Below are positions 33,802 to 46,419 of a stretch of 46,876 nt of DNA, one piece after another. Under the pieces are notes generated by a model that had not been told where the DNA came from, ran no database searches, and was given only the letters and a program-made list of their open reading frames with translations. Origin of the DNA: Octopus bimaculoides (taxonomy: Eukaryota); assembly GCF_001194135.2 (NCBI RefSeq), contig NC_068983.1, forward strand, positions 75,414,856 through 75,461,731, read 5' to 3'. The stretch's first letter is position 1; every line of letters starts with the position of its first letter. The position numbers were made by a program, and so were the translations under genes.

Positions 33802-36800
33802 TTAGACAACCTCTCTAGTACTAATGGTTGAGTAAAATGCATGCAGTCCATAATGTAAAGTGTTAGTGATAGGAAAGCCATCATGTGTGATCAAGTAAGA
33901 CTATAATGTAGGACATAAAAAAACATGCCAAAAAGATGTAGAATCATAATAAGTTGCAAGATTGCTGTGAAATCCATCCAGGCCATGTCAATATAAGTAG
34001 AGTTATTCCTACCATTTACCCGCACTTCCTTTAACTTGTTCACTCTGACATTGAGAGAGTGCTGGGTAGCAGCAGAAATCACTTGAGGACAAACACATAA
34101 AACAATAAATCAGTTTAAATCATAAAAAATTAAATATATTTATGTGCTGTGAAAACAGGCAAACCCTAACAGTTCCTGCAAGACCCTCTTACAGAGAAGT
34201 AATGAGAAGTTCTTATTTCTTCTCATTTATTTTCCAAAGACAGGTCCAGCTCCAAATGTTATAATTCATCTCTAACTATGAGACTTAAACTTATTCACTT
34301 TTTCTAATTTCCTATGTAATGTAAACCACTCTTACTTTTTTTTTTACTCAGTTATGCGAAGATGTTTGGTTTAATGGTTAGGGTACTTGGGCTCACAATA
34401 GTAAGATTGTGAGTTTAATACCTGGTGGCATATTGTGTCCTTGAGCAAGATACTTTATTTTGAATTGCTCCAGTTCACTTAGCTGGCAAAAGTGAGTAGT
34501 ACCTGTATTTCAAAGGGCCGGCCTTGTCACATTCTGTATCATGCTGAATTGCCCTGGGAACTATGTTATGGGTACATGTGTCTGTGGAGTGCTCATCCAC
34601 ATGCATGTTAATTACACAAGCAGGTTGTTCTGTTGATTGGATTAACTGGAACCCTTGTGGTCGTAACCGACAGAGTACCAGTTAATCCAACGATCGATAA
34701 GACACTGGTGTTAATTATTATATGGGGCAACAAAAGAGCCTCTATGTGATGGTTGCTTGACCTGCTAGAAATAACAGCTACACACAACCTACATCACACA
34801 CTACTGGCTTAAAAATGTAGTTGCACTTGAGTTAATGTTCCCTTAGGTGTATAATGCCTCAGAGTGGGATGATAATGGCTGGAATTACCTTTCAGACCAT
34901 ACATCTGTTGAATTAAGGCAACATCAGTGACTGGTATTTCTTTGATAATGTAATAGTTTACCAGTTTGACCAGAATGGTACTGGTTTGCCTCAACTAAAG
35001 TACTAACAATGTCATGTTGAAAGACTAAATTATTACAGAGAATTACTTATTAAATCTACTTAACAGGAAAATTAGGCTAGATTGGTAGGATTGAGACTAA
35101 TTCATATTGGAATTTTCTGGAATTTCTGTGTGTTTAATGGAAACTTTCTATGTTGTGTGTAGTCATGGCAGCATGGTTAGGTATTTAACTTTGCAATTAT
35201 TTGCTTCTAGGTTAGGTTCTAATGCATTGAATCTTGAAGGAAGTGTTTTCTACCTTAGCCTTGGTAAGTTAATGAGAGGACCTTTATATTGTTGCTCAGC
35301 CTGCCAGGTATAGTAAGCAAGTCTCCTTCAAATCACATCCTATCAATTTAAAAACAAACTAAAAATACATCGTATAATATAATCCCTGATGCACCGATGC
35401 CTCAGAAAAATGACAAAGTTGTTGTGGTTGGAATGCTTTTGCTCATAAGTTTGAGAGAGGGGATGTTAAACAATGACAACCCTAACCTTGGCTTGACCGA
35501 AACTTTATGAGTGATGGAAACTATGTGGAAGCCTGTCAGATTGATAATGTTTGTTTGTGGATGGGAGACTTAATCTTATCTACCTACTCTACCTTCTATT
35601 TCTCTCTCTCTCTCTCTTTATTTGTTTGGTAGTTTGTATAATGATTTGTTCATGATTGCAGGTATATAAAGGTGTACTACATACAGAAGCACAACTTGAA
35701 ATGGAAGTGTTAAGGCATTTAACAATATAAAGGTTCCCCTGGTGAAGAGGATTGGCCTGCAAAAATCCTGTGCCAGTGCCACATAGAAAACACTTGTGCT
35801 GTTACCACGTAACAGCACTTGTGCCAGGGCCATGTTAAAAGCATGCAGTGCATATTCTAAAGTGGTTGGCGTCAAGAATGGTATCCTGCTGTAGAAACCA
35901 AGCCAAATCAGACTGGAACCTGGTGCAGCTCTCCAGCTTGCCAGTTCCGGTTAAACCGTCCAACCCATACCAGCATGGAGAATAGACGTTAAAGGATGAT
36001 GATGATGGTTGTGATGCATTAGTGAATTAGAAATCTATACTAGTAATCCCAACACTGGAAATATAATTATTTCTAATTTAAGCACAACAATTTTGAAGAT
36101 GCCATCAACTTCAGTACTTAACTTATACTTTGTTTTAACAACCCCCAAAAGATGAAAGGAAAATTTGACTTTGGTTGCAATTGAAACCCAGAATTTAAAG
36201 GTATGGAAGAAACACCATAAAGTATTTTGTCCAATGTTCTAACAATTCTACCAATTCACAACCCTCTACACGAAGATAATAATAATTCCCAATACAGGCA
36301 AAAGAACTCAAATTTGGCAGCGGTGGGGTTAGTCAAGAAAAGGATCCCCACCACCTCAGTACGTGACTGATACTTTTTTTCTATTGAACCAGATGCATGA
36401 AAGATAAAAATTCTTCTTCTTTGGAAGATAATAAAGCAAATCACATATATACATGTGATTTGGGGAAAAAAATCTAATAATAGACTCTGTCACTCTGTCA
36501 GTGAAATAAATATTGGTTTCTTGCTTGGCATCAAGGTTCATATAATAGAAGCAATATCATTCTTTGGTACAGTCTTTAGATATATTAAGTCAATTTCCAG
36601 TATATTACAGTATTTCAAGCCCATGCAAGATCAATTTAACCTTTCATCTTTTGAGTATTGATAAAATAAAAATAACCCCAGTCAAATGTTGGTATCAATT
36701 AAATATTCCTACAAAGAAGCTGAAATGTGAATAGAATTATAACAGGAGATTAAAAGTAACATCAAAAGAATGAAATACAAAGTTGGTATTAATGGAATTT

Positions 36801-39197
36801 GAGCACAGAATGTAAAAGAATATTGCTTTCTACTATAGGCACAAGACCTGAAATTTTGGGGGAAGGGGTCTGGTCATTCATTTTGACCTTAGTTCTCAAC
36901 TGGTACTTACTTTATGGACTTCAAAAGAATGAAGGGCAAAGTTGAGCTCAGCAGAATTTGAACTCGATGTAAACCAGAAGAATTGCCACTAAGCATTTTA
37001 TCTGGCATGTTGACAATTCTCCTAGCTTATAAAAGAATATTGGTTTCACATTTTGGCACAAGACCAGCAATTTTATTAGGCCTGAAAAGACGAAAGGCTA
37101 AGTCAACCTTGGTGGAATTTTAACTCAAAATGGTTCTGCCAGCTCACCGCCTTAGCTTATTATCAAAGAATATTATAAATATTCATTGAGCAATTCACTT
37201 ATGGCAAAGTTATCTTTTTTTTCCCTCTTAACCTCTTCTGTTATTAATTAGAAATTGAATTACTTCATGCACAATGTTTGTGTGTGTAAGTGTGTGTATG
37301 TGAGTATGTTTGACTACTTATATCTAGATGTATGGATATAAGTGTGTATATCCCCGTGCATAAGTGGAAGACAGTAAATGTTATTCTATCTACTGGTATG
37401 TAATAACAGTTATCTATTCAATTGGTGTACTTCTCCAGCAATCTTACCCACTTTTGTAAGGCAGAGGAGGAAATTGTTCAACATCTTACATTTGTTATTT
37501 GTTGGCTATCACCAGCTTGTCTGTAATCATATTTGTTTATCAGTAGAGTAGGACATCTTAGATAGGCTGCTTCCTTCTTGGCGAATTAACCAATTAAGAT
37601 TTTTCTTAGAGCTCAAAGACCAGATTCTGATCTTTAAAACAAGCTGACCTTTATCAGTGTTCAACAGAACAGTTGAATTCAACAACAGGTTGTTACTATC
37701 ACCACCATCATCATCATTAATTTTTTTTCTCTTCTATCTTAATTGGAATATAAGTGAGGTTGACTGCCAAAGCAAGATACTTAATAACCAAATAACCATA
37801 CTCACTCATCTCAAGGAAGTAGACGTTCCCCCATTGTGCATTCAAAGACAGTATGGTGTTAGCATTCAGGCACTGACCCATAAAAATGCCATTAAAGTTA
37901 TTGAGATTGGATGTCTAAGCTTGAAGCAAAGAGATAATGAAGTAACTGGAAATATTCTAATTAAGATTATTCCATTGTTATAAGCAAAACAGTGTGACTA
38001 ATTATCATCAAATGCATCAAGAGAGTCAAAGTAGGATATCTTCATGCTGGAAATGTTGAAGGGATGAGACAGGTTGAAGGTTACCATTCTTTAAACCAAA
38101 AATATTCAACAACAAAGATAAAAAAAAGTTGGCTGATAGGATTGCATTTCCTCCCTAAGTCATATGTATCCAGATTTTAGAACAGGTAACCCATATTTGC
38201 TGCATGTTGTAAGAGGTAACTAAAAGGCTTGACATCAGGAAGGGTCTCTGGCCACAAAATACTGCTCCAAAAAGAATACTCTGACATTAATTAGAAGACT
38301 AACAAGGGTTCATAAGACTTTAGATGTTTGCTGCTGCTGCCTTAAATAACTTAGGATTTCAACATTTCGACATCAATAAGAACCAATTTACAAGCAATAG
38401 AGTTGATATAATAGACTAGAAGACAGAGATATAGCATGGTCACAGTATATTAACTAGCACCAGAAAATTTTTAGAAGAATAAAACACATGCTTGAGTTTA
38501 CATTTACATACAGTTTTGATCGGCATTTCTGGCCAATCCTTGCCCACATTTCCCTGTCGCCAAATGCTAATACAAAGTAATTAAAAATAGATATACTAAA
38601 ACATTAACTGTACTAAACTCATCCAGATATGTTTATATTTTATATAATAGCAGCAACTAAAAGGGGCTATAGACATTGCTCCTTCTATAGACACTAATAT
38701 AGATTTATAAAACAAATACATAACTGCAAATTTATGAAAACAACACAGTTACTTAAATCAGCTCCAAAAATTGCACTGATCTTCACCAAACTCTCCAGTT
38801 TTTTTCCTTCTGCAGTAAGCTATCCAAATCTTTTTGTAGCTTCTTCGAGCTGTCTATGCTCATCTTTAGCATTCAAATTATTCTGTCAAATGCAATACTT
38901 ATTTATTCACCTTGTTTTGAATTAATCATACATTATCTCATAGCTTTGAGATTTTGATGATACAGTTATTTTTAGAATGGCATTGTATGGTAGGTGTGAG
39001 AAGCTGGGTCTGGCCAGTTTGAACATAAAACAGGTAGGATATTTTTGCTGGTTTAAATGCTAACGGGTTAAAGTAGGATCAGTCACACAGGACATCTTCA
39101 ATACATTCACCCACCTTTCAGGTAATTTGCTGTGGAGTAGCAGCATATTCTTCTCAACTCTCATCTTTTCAAATGGAATTTTAAAATGTTGATGAGG
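33802..39197 (-). CDS. Hypothetical five-exon partial CDS (39197-39115, 38566-38512, 37914-37806, 34081-34020, 33900-33802); product unknown
   Basis: AG/GT-bounded unique segments with compatible phases (2,0,1,0) give 135 aa ending in TAA. No family is recognised, and this could be a chance assembly. Confidence 0.2.
35850..36007 (+). mobile_element. RTE-type LINE 3' tail
   Basis: gtggttggcgtcaagaatggtatcctgctgtagaaacc...gacgttaaaggatgatgatg. Confidence 0.7.
36821..37153 (-). mobile_element. Two adjacent S4 SINEs (another at ~36068-36262)
   Basis: Degenerate S4 cores. Confidence 0.65.
38865..39071. mobile_element. piggyBac-type MITE, same family as 44949-45171, reverse orientation, left end clipped
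   Basis: tttagcattcaaattattctgtc...aaatgctaacgggTTAA. Confidence 0.65.
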
Positions 39198-39260
39198 CTT
39201 TAGTCAAAGAAGAAATTGCCTGTCTTTAGACTTTTCAGTCTCATCCACTACATAACCAGA

Positions 39261-39663
39261 CAGAGGCGTGGCTGCATGGTAAGAAAATTGCTTCCCAACC
39301 ACATGGTTCCAGGTTCAGTCCTACTGCATGGCACCTTAGGCGAGTGTTTTCTATTATGGCCTCAACCTTGTAAGTGGATTTGGTAGATGGAAACTGCAAG
39401 AAGCCTGTCATATCCATATATGTATATATTTATGTGTGTGTGTGTATTTGTGTCTGTGTTTGTCCCCACCACCATCTCTTGACAACCAATGTTGGCATAT
39501 TTCCATCCCCGTAACTTAGCAGTTTGGCTAAAGATGCTGATAGAATAAGTACTAAGCTTACAAAGAATAAGTCCTGGGGTCGATTTGTTTGACTGAAACC
39601 CTTTAAGGTGGTGCTCCAGCATGGCTGCAGTCAAATGATTGAGACAAGTTAAAGAATAAAGAG
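39261..39663 (+). mobile_element. Full-length SINE, family S2
   Basis: Colinear with 17923-18480. Confidence 0.85.
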
Positions 39664-39734
39664 GAAAACTGCCTGCCCTTCCTGATCAAAGGAATTATAA
39701 TGATGATGATGATGATGATGTCGACGACGACGAC

Positions 39735-39767
<33 letters not shown>

Positions 39768-40380
39768 AACACTTTCTTACTAAAGAAAAAATGTGTCAAC
39801 AAGGTCAGATATGTTGAGTTTGAACAAATATCATTGTCTTTACAGCAGGTGGATATGACTGGGTTCCTGACTCAGTATAGAGAGTGAGAAAGAGAGTAAA
39901 GTAGATTGTATGAGTAAGTGAGAGAGAGAGTGAGAGTGAGAGAGAAAGAAGAGAAAGAGGTGGGAGGGAGAGTGAGAATAATAGATAGAGAAAACAAGAC
40001 ATAGGTGAATCCATGGAGAGATAGAAAGAGAGTGTAAGGTGTAGGAGCATAGAGAAGTAGAAAGAAATGGTGAAGGGGAGGTATGGAGAGTTAGTGACAA
40101 AAGGGGAGAGGTAGTGCTTATAGAAATGAGAGGATGAAGGAAAAAGACAGAGAGATGGTAACAAGCAGAGATAGATTGATAGAGAGGTGGGGGTAGAGTG
40201 AAAGAGTATCTTAAGGCTCATATTACCATACTGATGACAACTGCTGATCTGATGACTATCTAACTAACTGATTGTCTCTAAAAGATAAAAAAAATCTCAT
40301 GTATTACTGCTGTTTGATATTTCTATAAAGCATGGAATTATAAGAGGAGGCTACAGCTAAAGCAATCTTCATTCTAAGAA

Positions 40381-40449
<69 letters not shown>

Positions 40450-40559
40450 NNNNNNNNNNNNNNNNNNNNNNNNNNNATACGTATATATATCAAGTTAAAA
40501 CTTACTTGCAAATGGACGCGTCACGTTCGATAATATAATAATACGAATGATATATGAGC

Positions 40560-40780
40560 ATATGCATGTATACATACATATATGTACATACCTACATCTA
40601 CATGTATATATAGATGCATATCCGGGTACAGGACGTCAAAAAAGGAACGGGAACATAAACAAAGCACAAAAAACGGACTTTGATTACGGACAACAGAATG
40701 AACACATAAGAAAACAGACGAGCCATTTATGGAACTTTTCCTTCATCAGCTGCCTCTATTCTAAACTAGGCGTTTCGAAG
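40560..40780 (-). mobile_element. Repeat family B copy with a permuted hammerhead-like core, truncated by a SINE
   Basis: Minus strand: CTTC-GAAA-CGC, 14 nt, AGGCAG-CTGATGA-AGG, about 100 nt, GACGTC-CTGTACCC. Confidence 0.6.
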
Positions 40781-41075
40781 ATGGCCTGGCCTAGTGGTTA
40801 GAGTAGCAGGCTTGCGGTTGTGGGATTGCAGGTTCGAATCTCAGACTGGGTGATGTGTGTGTTTATGAGTGAAACCCCTAAGCTCCATGCGGCTCCAGTA
40901 GAAGGTAATGGCAAACATCTGCTGACTCTTTCGCCACAACTTTCTCTCACTCTTTCCTCTCACTCTTTCCTCCTGTTTCTAGTGGCTCACCTGCAATGGG
41001 CCATCGTCCTGTCAAGGTGGGGAACCTATACACCAATGAAAGCGGGAAACTGGTCCTTATGAGTCAGGTAGGGCT
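40781..41075 (+). mobile_element. tRNA-derived SINE (S1-related head, different 3' end)
   Basis: tggcctagtggttagagtagc...ggttcgaatctcagac head, plus a gtgtttatgagtgaaacccctaagctcc body shared with S1. Confidence 0.7.
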
Positions 41076-41777
41076 CAAGAAGGAACAAACAAAAAACAAA
41101 ATATATATATCACATGAATCCAGATCTAGAGAAGTTTTAATATATTCTTTGAGTACAACAAACCCAATATATAATCCATTCTCTCTCTTTTTCTCTTCCT
41201 GTCTGTTTGTCTGTCTGTCTCTGACTGTCTGTCTGTCTGTCTGTCTGTCTTTCCTTTTCTTCCCCTCCTCCTCCTTCCCCTCTTCCTCCTCTGTGAAAAT
41301 TGTAGGTAGACAAGAGTATCTTCATATATAGAAGATATTCCAATGTTGTGACAGTGACAGACAAACTTCACAGGCATTGAAATAAAAGATGTCTTTCCTG
41401 TAAGCCATAATTAATAATATATTGATCTTGTTTTGTTTTGCTATCAGATAAAAAAAAAAGTTCACCAGACAATCCTATTCAAAATAAGAATAAGTTAAAA
41501 AAAAATATAGATTTGCTACTTAAGAATGAAGACTTGGTATTGGAAATCATAAAAATATGGCAACCAAAGATAACAATTGCTCTTGTCATTACAGTGAGGA
41601 ATATGAAATACCAAACAAAATACATGAATACACAGAAAACGTGTGCACACAGACACATAGACACACACATACATACACACACACAAACACATACAAACAC
41701 ATACACACACACAGAGTTTCTCCTTGTGTGTGTGTGTGTGTGTGCGTTTGTATGCATGTGTGCATACACACATGTGT

Positions 41778-41818
<41 letters not shown>

Positions 41819-41823
41819 TTCTT

Positions 41824-42310
41824 GCAATGGGTTGGAGGAAGTCTGGGGAGCTATTTACTGCTGTTAGCAACAAAGGTGTTCTTCAGTGTGAGGGGCAGAT
41901 TGTCTAACACTTGCATCAGAACTGCAATGCTGCATGATAGTGAAACATGAGTCTTGGATGCAGAGAACTTGAGAAGACTGTAAAAAAAATGCAGTGAGCA
42001 TATTATATTAGGTGTGCAATACAAGTGTGTATGAATGTGATCACACACATCCTGAGGGAAAAATTGGGCATAAGAAGAATCAGATGCAATGTGCAAGAAG
42101 GAAGACTGCACTGGTATGGACACGTGATGCATTTGAATGAGGACAGCTGTATGAAGAAGTGATGGTTAGTAAAAGTCAATGAAATTTGTGGAAGAAGAAG
42201 GCCTAGGAAAATTTGGGATGGAGTGGTGAAGGCTGATCTCACATCCCCAAACCTCATTTGAAAGATGACAAGAGACTTGGATGATTGACAATATTTGGCT
42301 TTCAAGAAGA
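41824..42310 (+). mobile_element. RTE (BovB-like) LINE ORF2 3' remnant
   Basis: MGWRKSGEL..., GRLSNTCIRTAMLHDSET, LREKLGIRRIRCNVQEGRLHWYGHVMHLNEDSCMKK and GRRRPRKIWDGVVKADL, with stops and frameshifts. Confidence 0.85.
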
Positions 42311-42479
42311 CCCTATTAATTCAGTGAAACAAAGTTCTGGAAGTGTTCTGTGTGTGTGTATAAATGCACAACTAGGTTCTTCACTCTATTTCATCCTTAA
42401 GACACCCCCACTGTCCATCATCTCTAACTGCAGCTTTTCTTTGATACCACTAAATTTTTTCATTGCTTGAAACCATTTT

Positions 42480-43530
42480 ACTTGATATTCATTCTTCATC
42501 TTCATTCTGTTCTCTCCACCCTCATTTTACACTGATCACCTCCACTGAGTCACCAAATTATCTCTCCTTCTTCACCGTCATACGTCTCTCACTCTCCCTA
42601 TACACTACACATGTTCCTCTCCCCAACACACTCTAGCAGCCTACCCAAACACATGTCATCTTTGAAGGAAAAGATTTTTTACTGCCAGAAATAGAATTAT
42701 CTCTCTGAACATTTCCAACATGTTTTTACTCTGGCTACAAAATTTATTGAACAGCTACCTCCCCTGCTAAATATCATCTAGGCTGCAGAAACTATTAACT
42801 AAATCTAGTGTATTAGCCAGGCATTTAGGGGAGTCTTCTTTTGGTGTACACTTTGTGCATACGGCTCCAGTGTATCTGCCACATACAAAATATTTTTTGT
42901 TAATAGCCTGATGATACTGAGATCCCATCTTCTTTTCTACTTACTAATGGCTTAGTCTTTGCTAAGTTTACTTAGAAGCTTCTTGATTCTAGGTTTTGCT
43001 TCAAAGCCTGGAATTTCATTTATAGATCAGTTATAAGAACCAGGCCATTAGCATCTAAAGTTTCCACAATCAGCTTGCCTTAAACTCTTTTGTGATGGGG
43101 CTATGATGAATAGAAAAAGGCTGAGGATTGAGCCTTGATGTATCCCAACCTTCATACTGAATTTTTCCACTCACCTATTTTGCTCCATATGACTATTTGC
43201 ATACTAAATTCTTTCATCCACCCATTTTGGACCTTCTGATGTCATTGTACACTCTACTATTTCCCTCCTCATCACCTGAGAAAACGTACACATTCTAGCT
43301 TATTGATTGCTCTCTAATTAACACACATTGCTTCCCACTTTCCAGCCACCCATTTCCAGCTTTTCTACTGTAATTCCTCTCCTCATTCTACATGTCTTAA
43401 GTTTCTGAGTACTTTCTACATTTATTCTGTACAAGGCATCCCCCACCTGTGCTGATGCCTACTGCAATGATTGGTGAGTGATATATCCTTTCAAGTGTTG
43501 GTGCCATGACAAACGCATCGAATACCCACT
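42480..43530 (-). mobile_element. RTE LINE reverse-transcriptase remnant
   Basis: Minus-strand FSMKVGIHQGSILSLFLF (RT GxxQGxxLSP motif), followed by the degenerate SETW/ERTEMRM region at ~42480-42720. Confidence 0.75.
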
Positions 43531-44948
43531 TAAACAAGTGGCTGGCTAATGAACAGAAAAAACAGAAGTATTTTTAGTCCTGTCTTGCTGAAGACTAGTC
43601 AACCTCTTTAGTGTTGGTGCTATGAGAAAATGCATCCAATAGACTCTATAAAGTAACTGGTGATAGCAAAAGCATCCGACCATAGAAATCATGCCAAAGA
43701 ACATGTAGTAGCTCCAATCTATGAGAACTGTGATTTCCAATATGAAATAACTCATATAATGATAACTCATTCCAACCTATGCTAGCATGGAAAGTGGATG
43801 TAAAATAATGATGATGATCCTGATGATGTGTGTTTGTGTTTGTATTTTTGTGTTCTCACATGTGTGTTTCTGTGAATGTGTATCTGTGTATTTGTTCACA
43901 TTTGCACTTCTTTGAAAATCACTGAGATCTAAACAGTGATATTGTCTGCCAACAAATCATCTATTCGCTTTGTACCTTCAAAGATGTAGGGGTTAGTGAG
44001 AGCAAAGGTGTCTGGCTGTAAAGCATTGCCTCAATCCTATATTTGTCTAACCTGTGCTAGCATGGAAAATTTATATAAAAATGAATGAATGAAGTGTAAT
44101 ATTGCCTTTGATGTTTTGGGGTATTACTGTTCAGAAGTAAAATGATCTGGTAATGTTGTTCAGTGCAAGGTCAGCCCAAACCAAACAGATTAAAGATCAA
44201 AGGCATCACAGATGTAACCATTTCATTTCGTGCATATCCAGTGCTATGGTGTCCAATGTTCCTTCATTTCAAGATACAGGATGTAATCAAAGTGAGATTT
44301 GACTGCTTTTTTTGGCAGGTTAGGTGCTACCCGCAGTTAATTTGCTTGGAGTCAGGTTTCCCAGTGATGGATTTAAGGTTGGCGTGATTGTGCAGCTATC
44401 TTTGGAGCATGGTAGAAGGTGACATCCGTGAAATCATCTGTATTTAAAGTTATATGTGTTTTGTGGAAGTGCAAGCTGATCATATCGGAATAAAATAAAA
44501 ACTGTGAATGAGAAGACAGATTCTTGTGGTACACAATTTGAAAAATTGTAAATTATAGATGAGTTATTATCTAATAGATGTCTAACAACACACCTTGGTA
44601 GACCTGAAAGTCAGTTTACTAGCAAGCATTTTTGTTGCTGCTTAAAAAGGTTTTGAGTGTTTTATTTGTGGAGAAAAACAGGTAAGAGGTGGTGACAGGA
44701 AAAGCATCTGGCCATAAAAATTCTACCTCAATTACCTACCATCCAAGCCATGCTAGCATGGAGGGAAAAGAAATGCAAAACAGATGTTAAACTGTACAAA
44801 CGAACAAACAAAGGAACTAGTGAGCATAAACATGGGATGGAGTTGAAAGAATTTTGATGTTAATTTGGCTGGTGTGTGATTCTGAAGCTATAATGTACCT
44901 TATGTATATCGTTTGTGAGTGGTGTGCTAGTTGTGTGTTATCATTTAA

Positions 44949-45171
44949 CCCTTTAACATTTAAGCTGACCATATCTGGCCAAAATAGTCTACCTGTTTTA
45001 TCTTCAAACTGGCTAGATTTGACCTCTCACACTCACCTTATAATATCATTCGAAAAATACGAGACAGTCAAGTCACTGAAATCTCAGAGCTACAAGGTGA
45101 TGCATGACTAATTCAGAACAATGTAAATAAAGAAGCATCACATCTGACAGAGAAATCTGAATGCTAAAGGG
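44949..45171. mobile_element. piggyBac-type MITE (223 bp)
   Basis: TTAA TSDs at 44945-48 and 45172-75. 14-bp TIRs CCCTTTAACATTTA / CCCTTTAGCATTCA. Confidence 0.85.
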
Positions 45172-45604
45172 TTAAATTTTGTTGTGGATGGGGCAAAAGA
45201 ATATGTAGGTTTGTAATGTCAAAGATGAGTCTTTCTAGAAGTTTTGACATTGTGAATAGACTGGTGATAGGTTTCAGTGTTATTGCTCCAGTTGGGTCTC
45301 ATTAGATTTTAGAATTGTCAAAATTTTGCTCAATTCTGGTGACTTGGCATTGTAGCTATGAGTAAATGAAAAGTATCTGATGGCAATAACTCCTTCAGAC
45401 TTTAGATGTATGTTTGTGACTTTATTAGGTCCTAAAATTTTTGGGATTTTAAAATTCCCTTTGCTTTTCTGTTATTGGTTGGTTAGAAGGAGCAGGATTA
45501 TAGTTTAGGTGGAATATCTGGTTATGAAGTGAACTTCTTAATCCTTTGACCATACCGCACCATACATACATATACATACATACATACATACATATATATG
45601 TGTA

Positions 45605-45790
45605 TATCATCATCATCATCATTTGGCATCTGCTTTTAATGCTGGCATGGGTTACATGGTTTGACTGGAACTGGTAAACTGGAGAGCTGCACCAGGTTCC
45701 AGTCTGATTTGGCATGGTTTCTATAGCTGGATGCCCTTCCTAATGTCAACCCCTCCAAGAGTGTAATGGATGCTTTTTATGAGCTACCAG
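45605..45790 (-). mobile_element. RTE-type LINE 3' tail
   Basis: (CAT)n-ttggcatctgc...gctggcatgggtt...ctggatgcccttcctaatgtcaacc. Confidence 0.7.
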
Positions 45791-45907
45791 TATGGTTGCT
45801 TTTATGTGCCACCAGCATGACACCAGTACCAGCCATGACTATGATATCATTTGGCTTGACAACTCTTCTCATGCATAGCATATCACCAATATATATATAA
45901 GTAGCTG

Positions 45908-45966
45908 GTGATTATCACACACTGATGACAGGTTACTACCCAGAAACCCGGGTCTGTGTGTATCAC
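45908..45966 (+). ncRNA. Type I hammerhead ribozyme relic (stem II damaged)
   Basis: GUGAU-UAU-CACACA-CUGAUGA-CAGG-UUACUA-CCCA-GAAA-CCCGGG-UC/UGUGUG-U-AUCAC. Stem I is bulged (6+5 bp), stem III is palindromic, and the cleavage site is GUC. Confidence 0.65.
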
Positions 45967-46020
45967 GTAAGGTTAGAGATGGGAACGATGATTTCCTTTT
46001 GCAAATACTAATTGGACACA

Positions 46021-46116
46021 GAAGGTGAGCTGGTAGAAATGTTAGCATGCCGGGTGAAATGCTTAGCGGTATTTCGTGTGCCGCTACGTTCCGAGTTCAA
46101 ATTCCGCCGAGGTCGA
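46021..46116 (+). mobile_element. 5' head of S4 SINE
   Basis: gagctggtagaaatgttagcatgccggg...gagttcaaattccgccgaggtcgac. Confidence 0.75.
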
Positions 46117-46419
46117 CATCATCTGTAGCATACTAGCTTTATTTCTTTCTAGATCATGCTACTTTCATATACGTATGTTTCTGTCCTCATTCCTGATCTC
46201 TCTCTCTCTCTCTCTCTCCGGCTGGGTAATCTTGTACCTAGTCTACAGCAAGACACCTGTTTCTGTCTCTCTGTCTCACTATAACCTTTCATCATCTGAC
46301 ACAAAATCACATCCTCCATTATCCCCTCTCTTCTCAGAAGACTTTTGTCTTCCAAGTTACCTGGTGACTCTGTCAGTGCAGGTGTCACTTAAAAAGCATC
46401 CAGTCCACACCATAAAGTG

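Noticed and set aside
38740-38882. Apparent exon with an in-frame TAG (NNLNAKDEHRQLEEATKRFG*LTAEG...), tempting as a stop codon rescued by A-to-I editing; similar TGA just upstream of the 39197 exon
   Set aside because: The acceptor and first codons come from the piggyBac-type MITE end, no protein family is recognisable, and no evidence favours editing over neutral decay.
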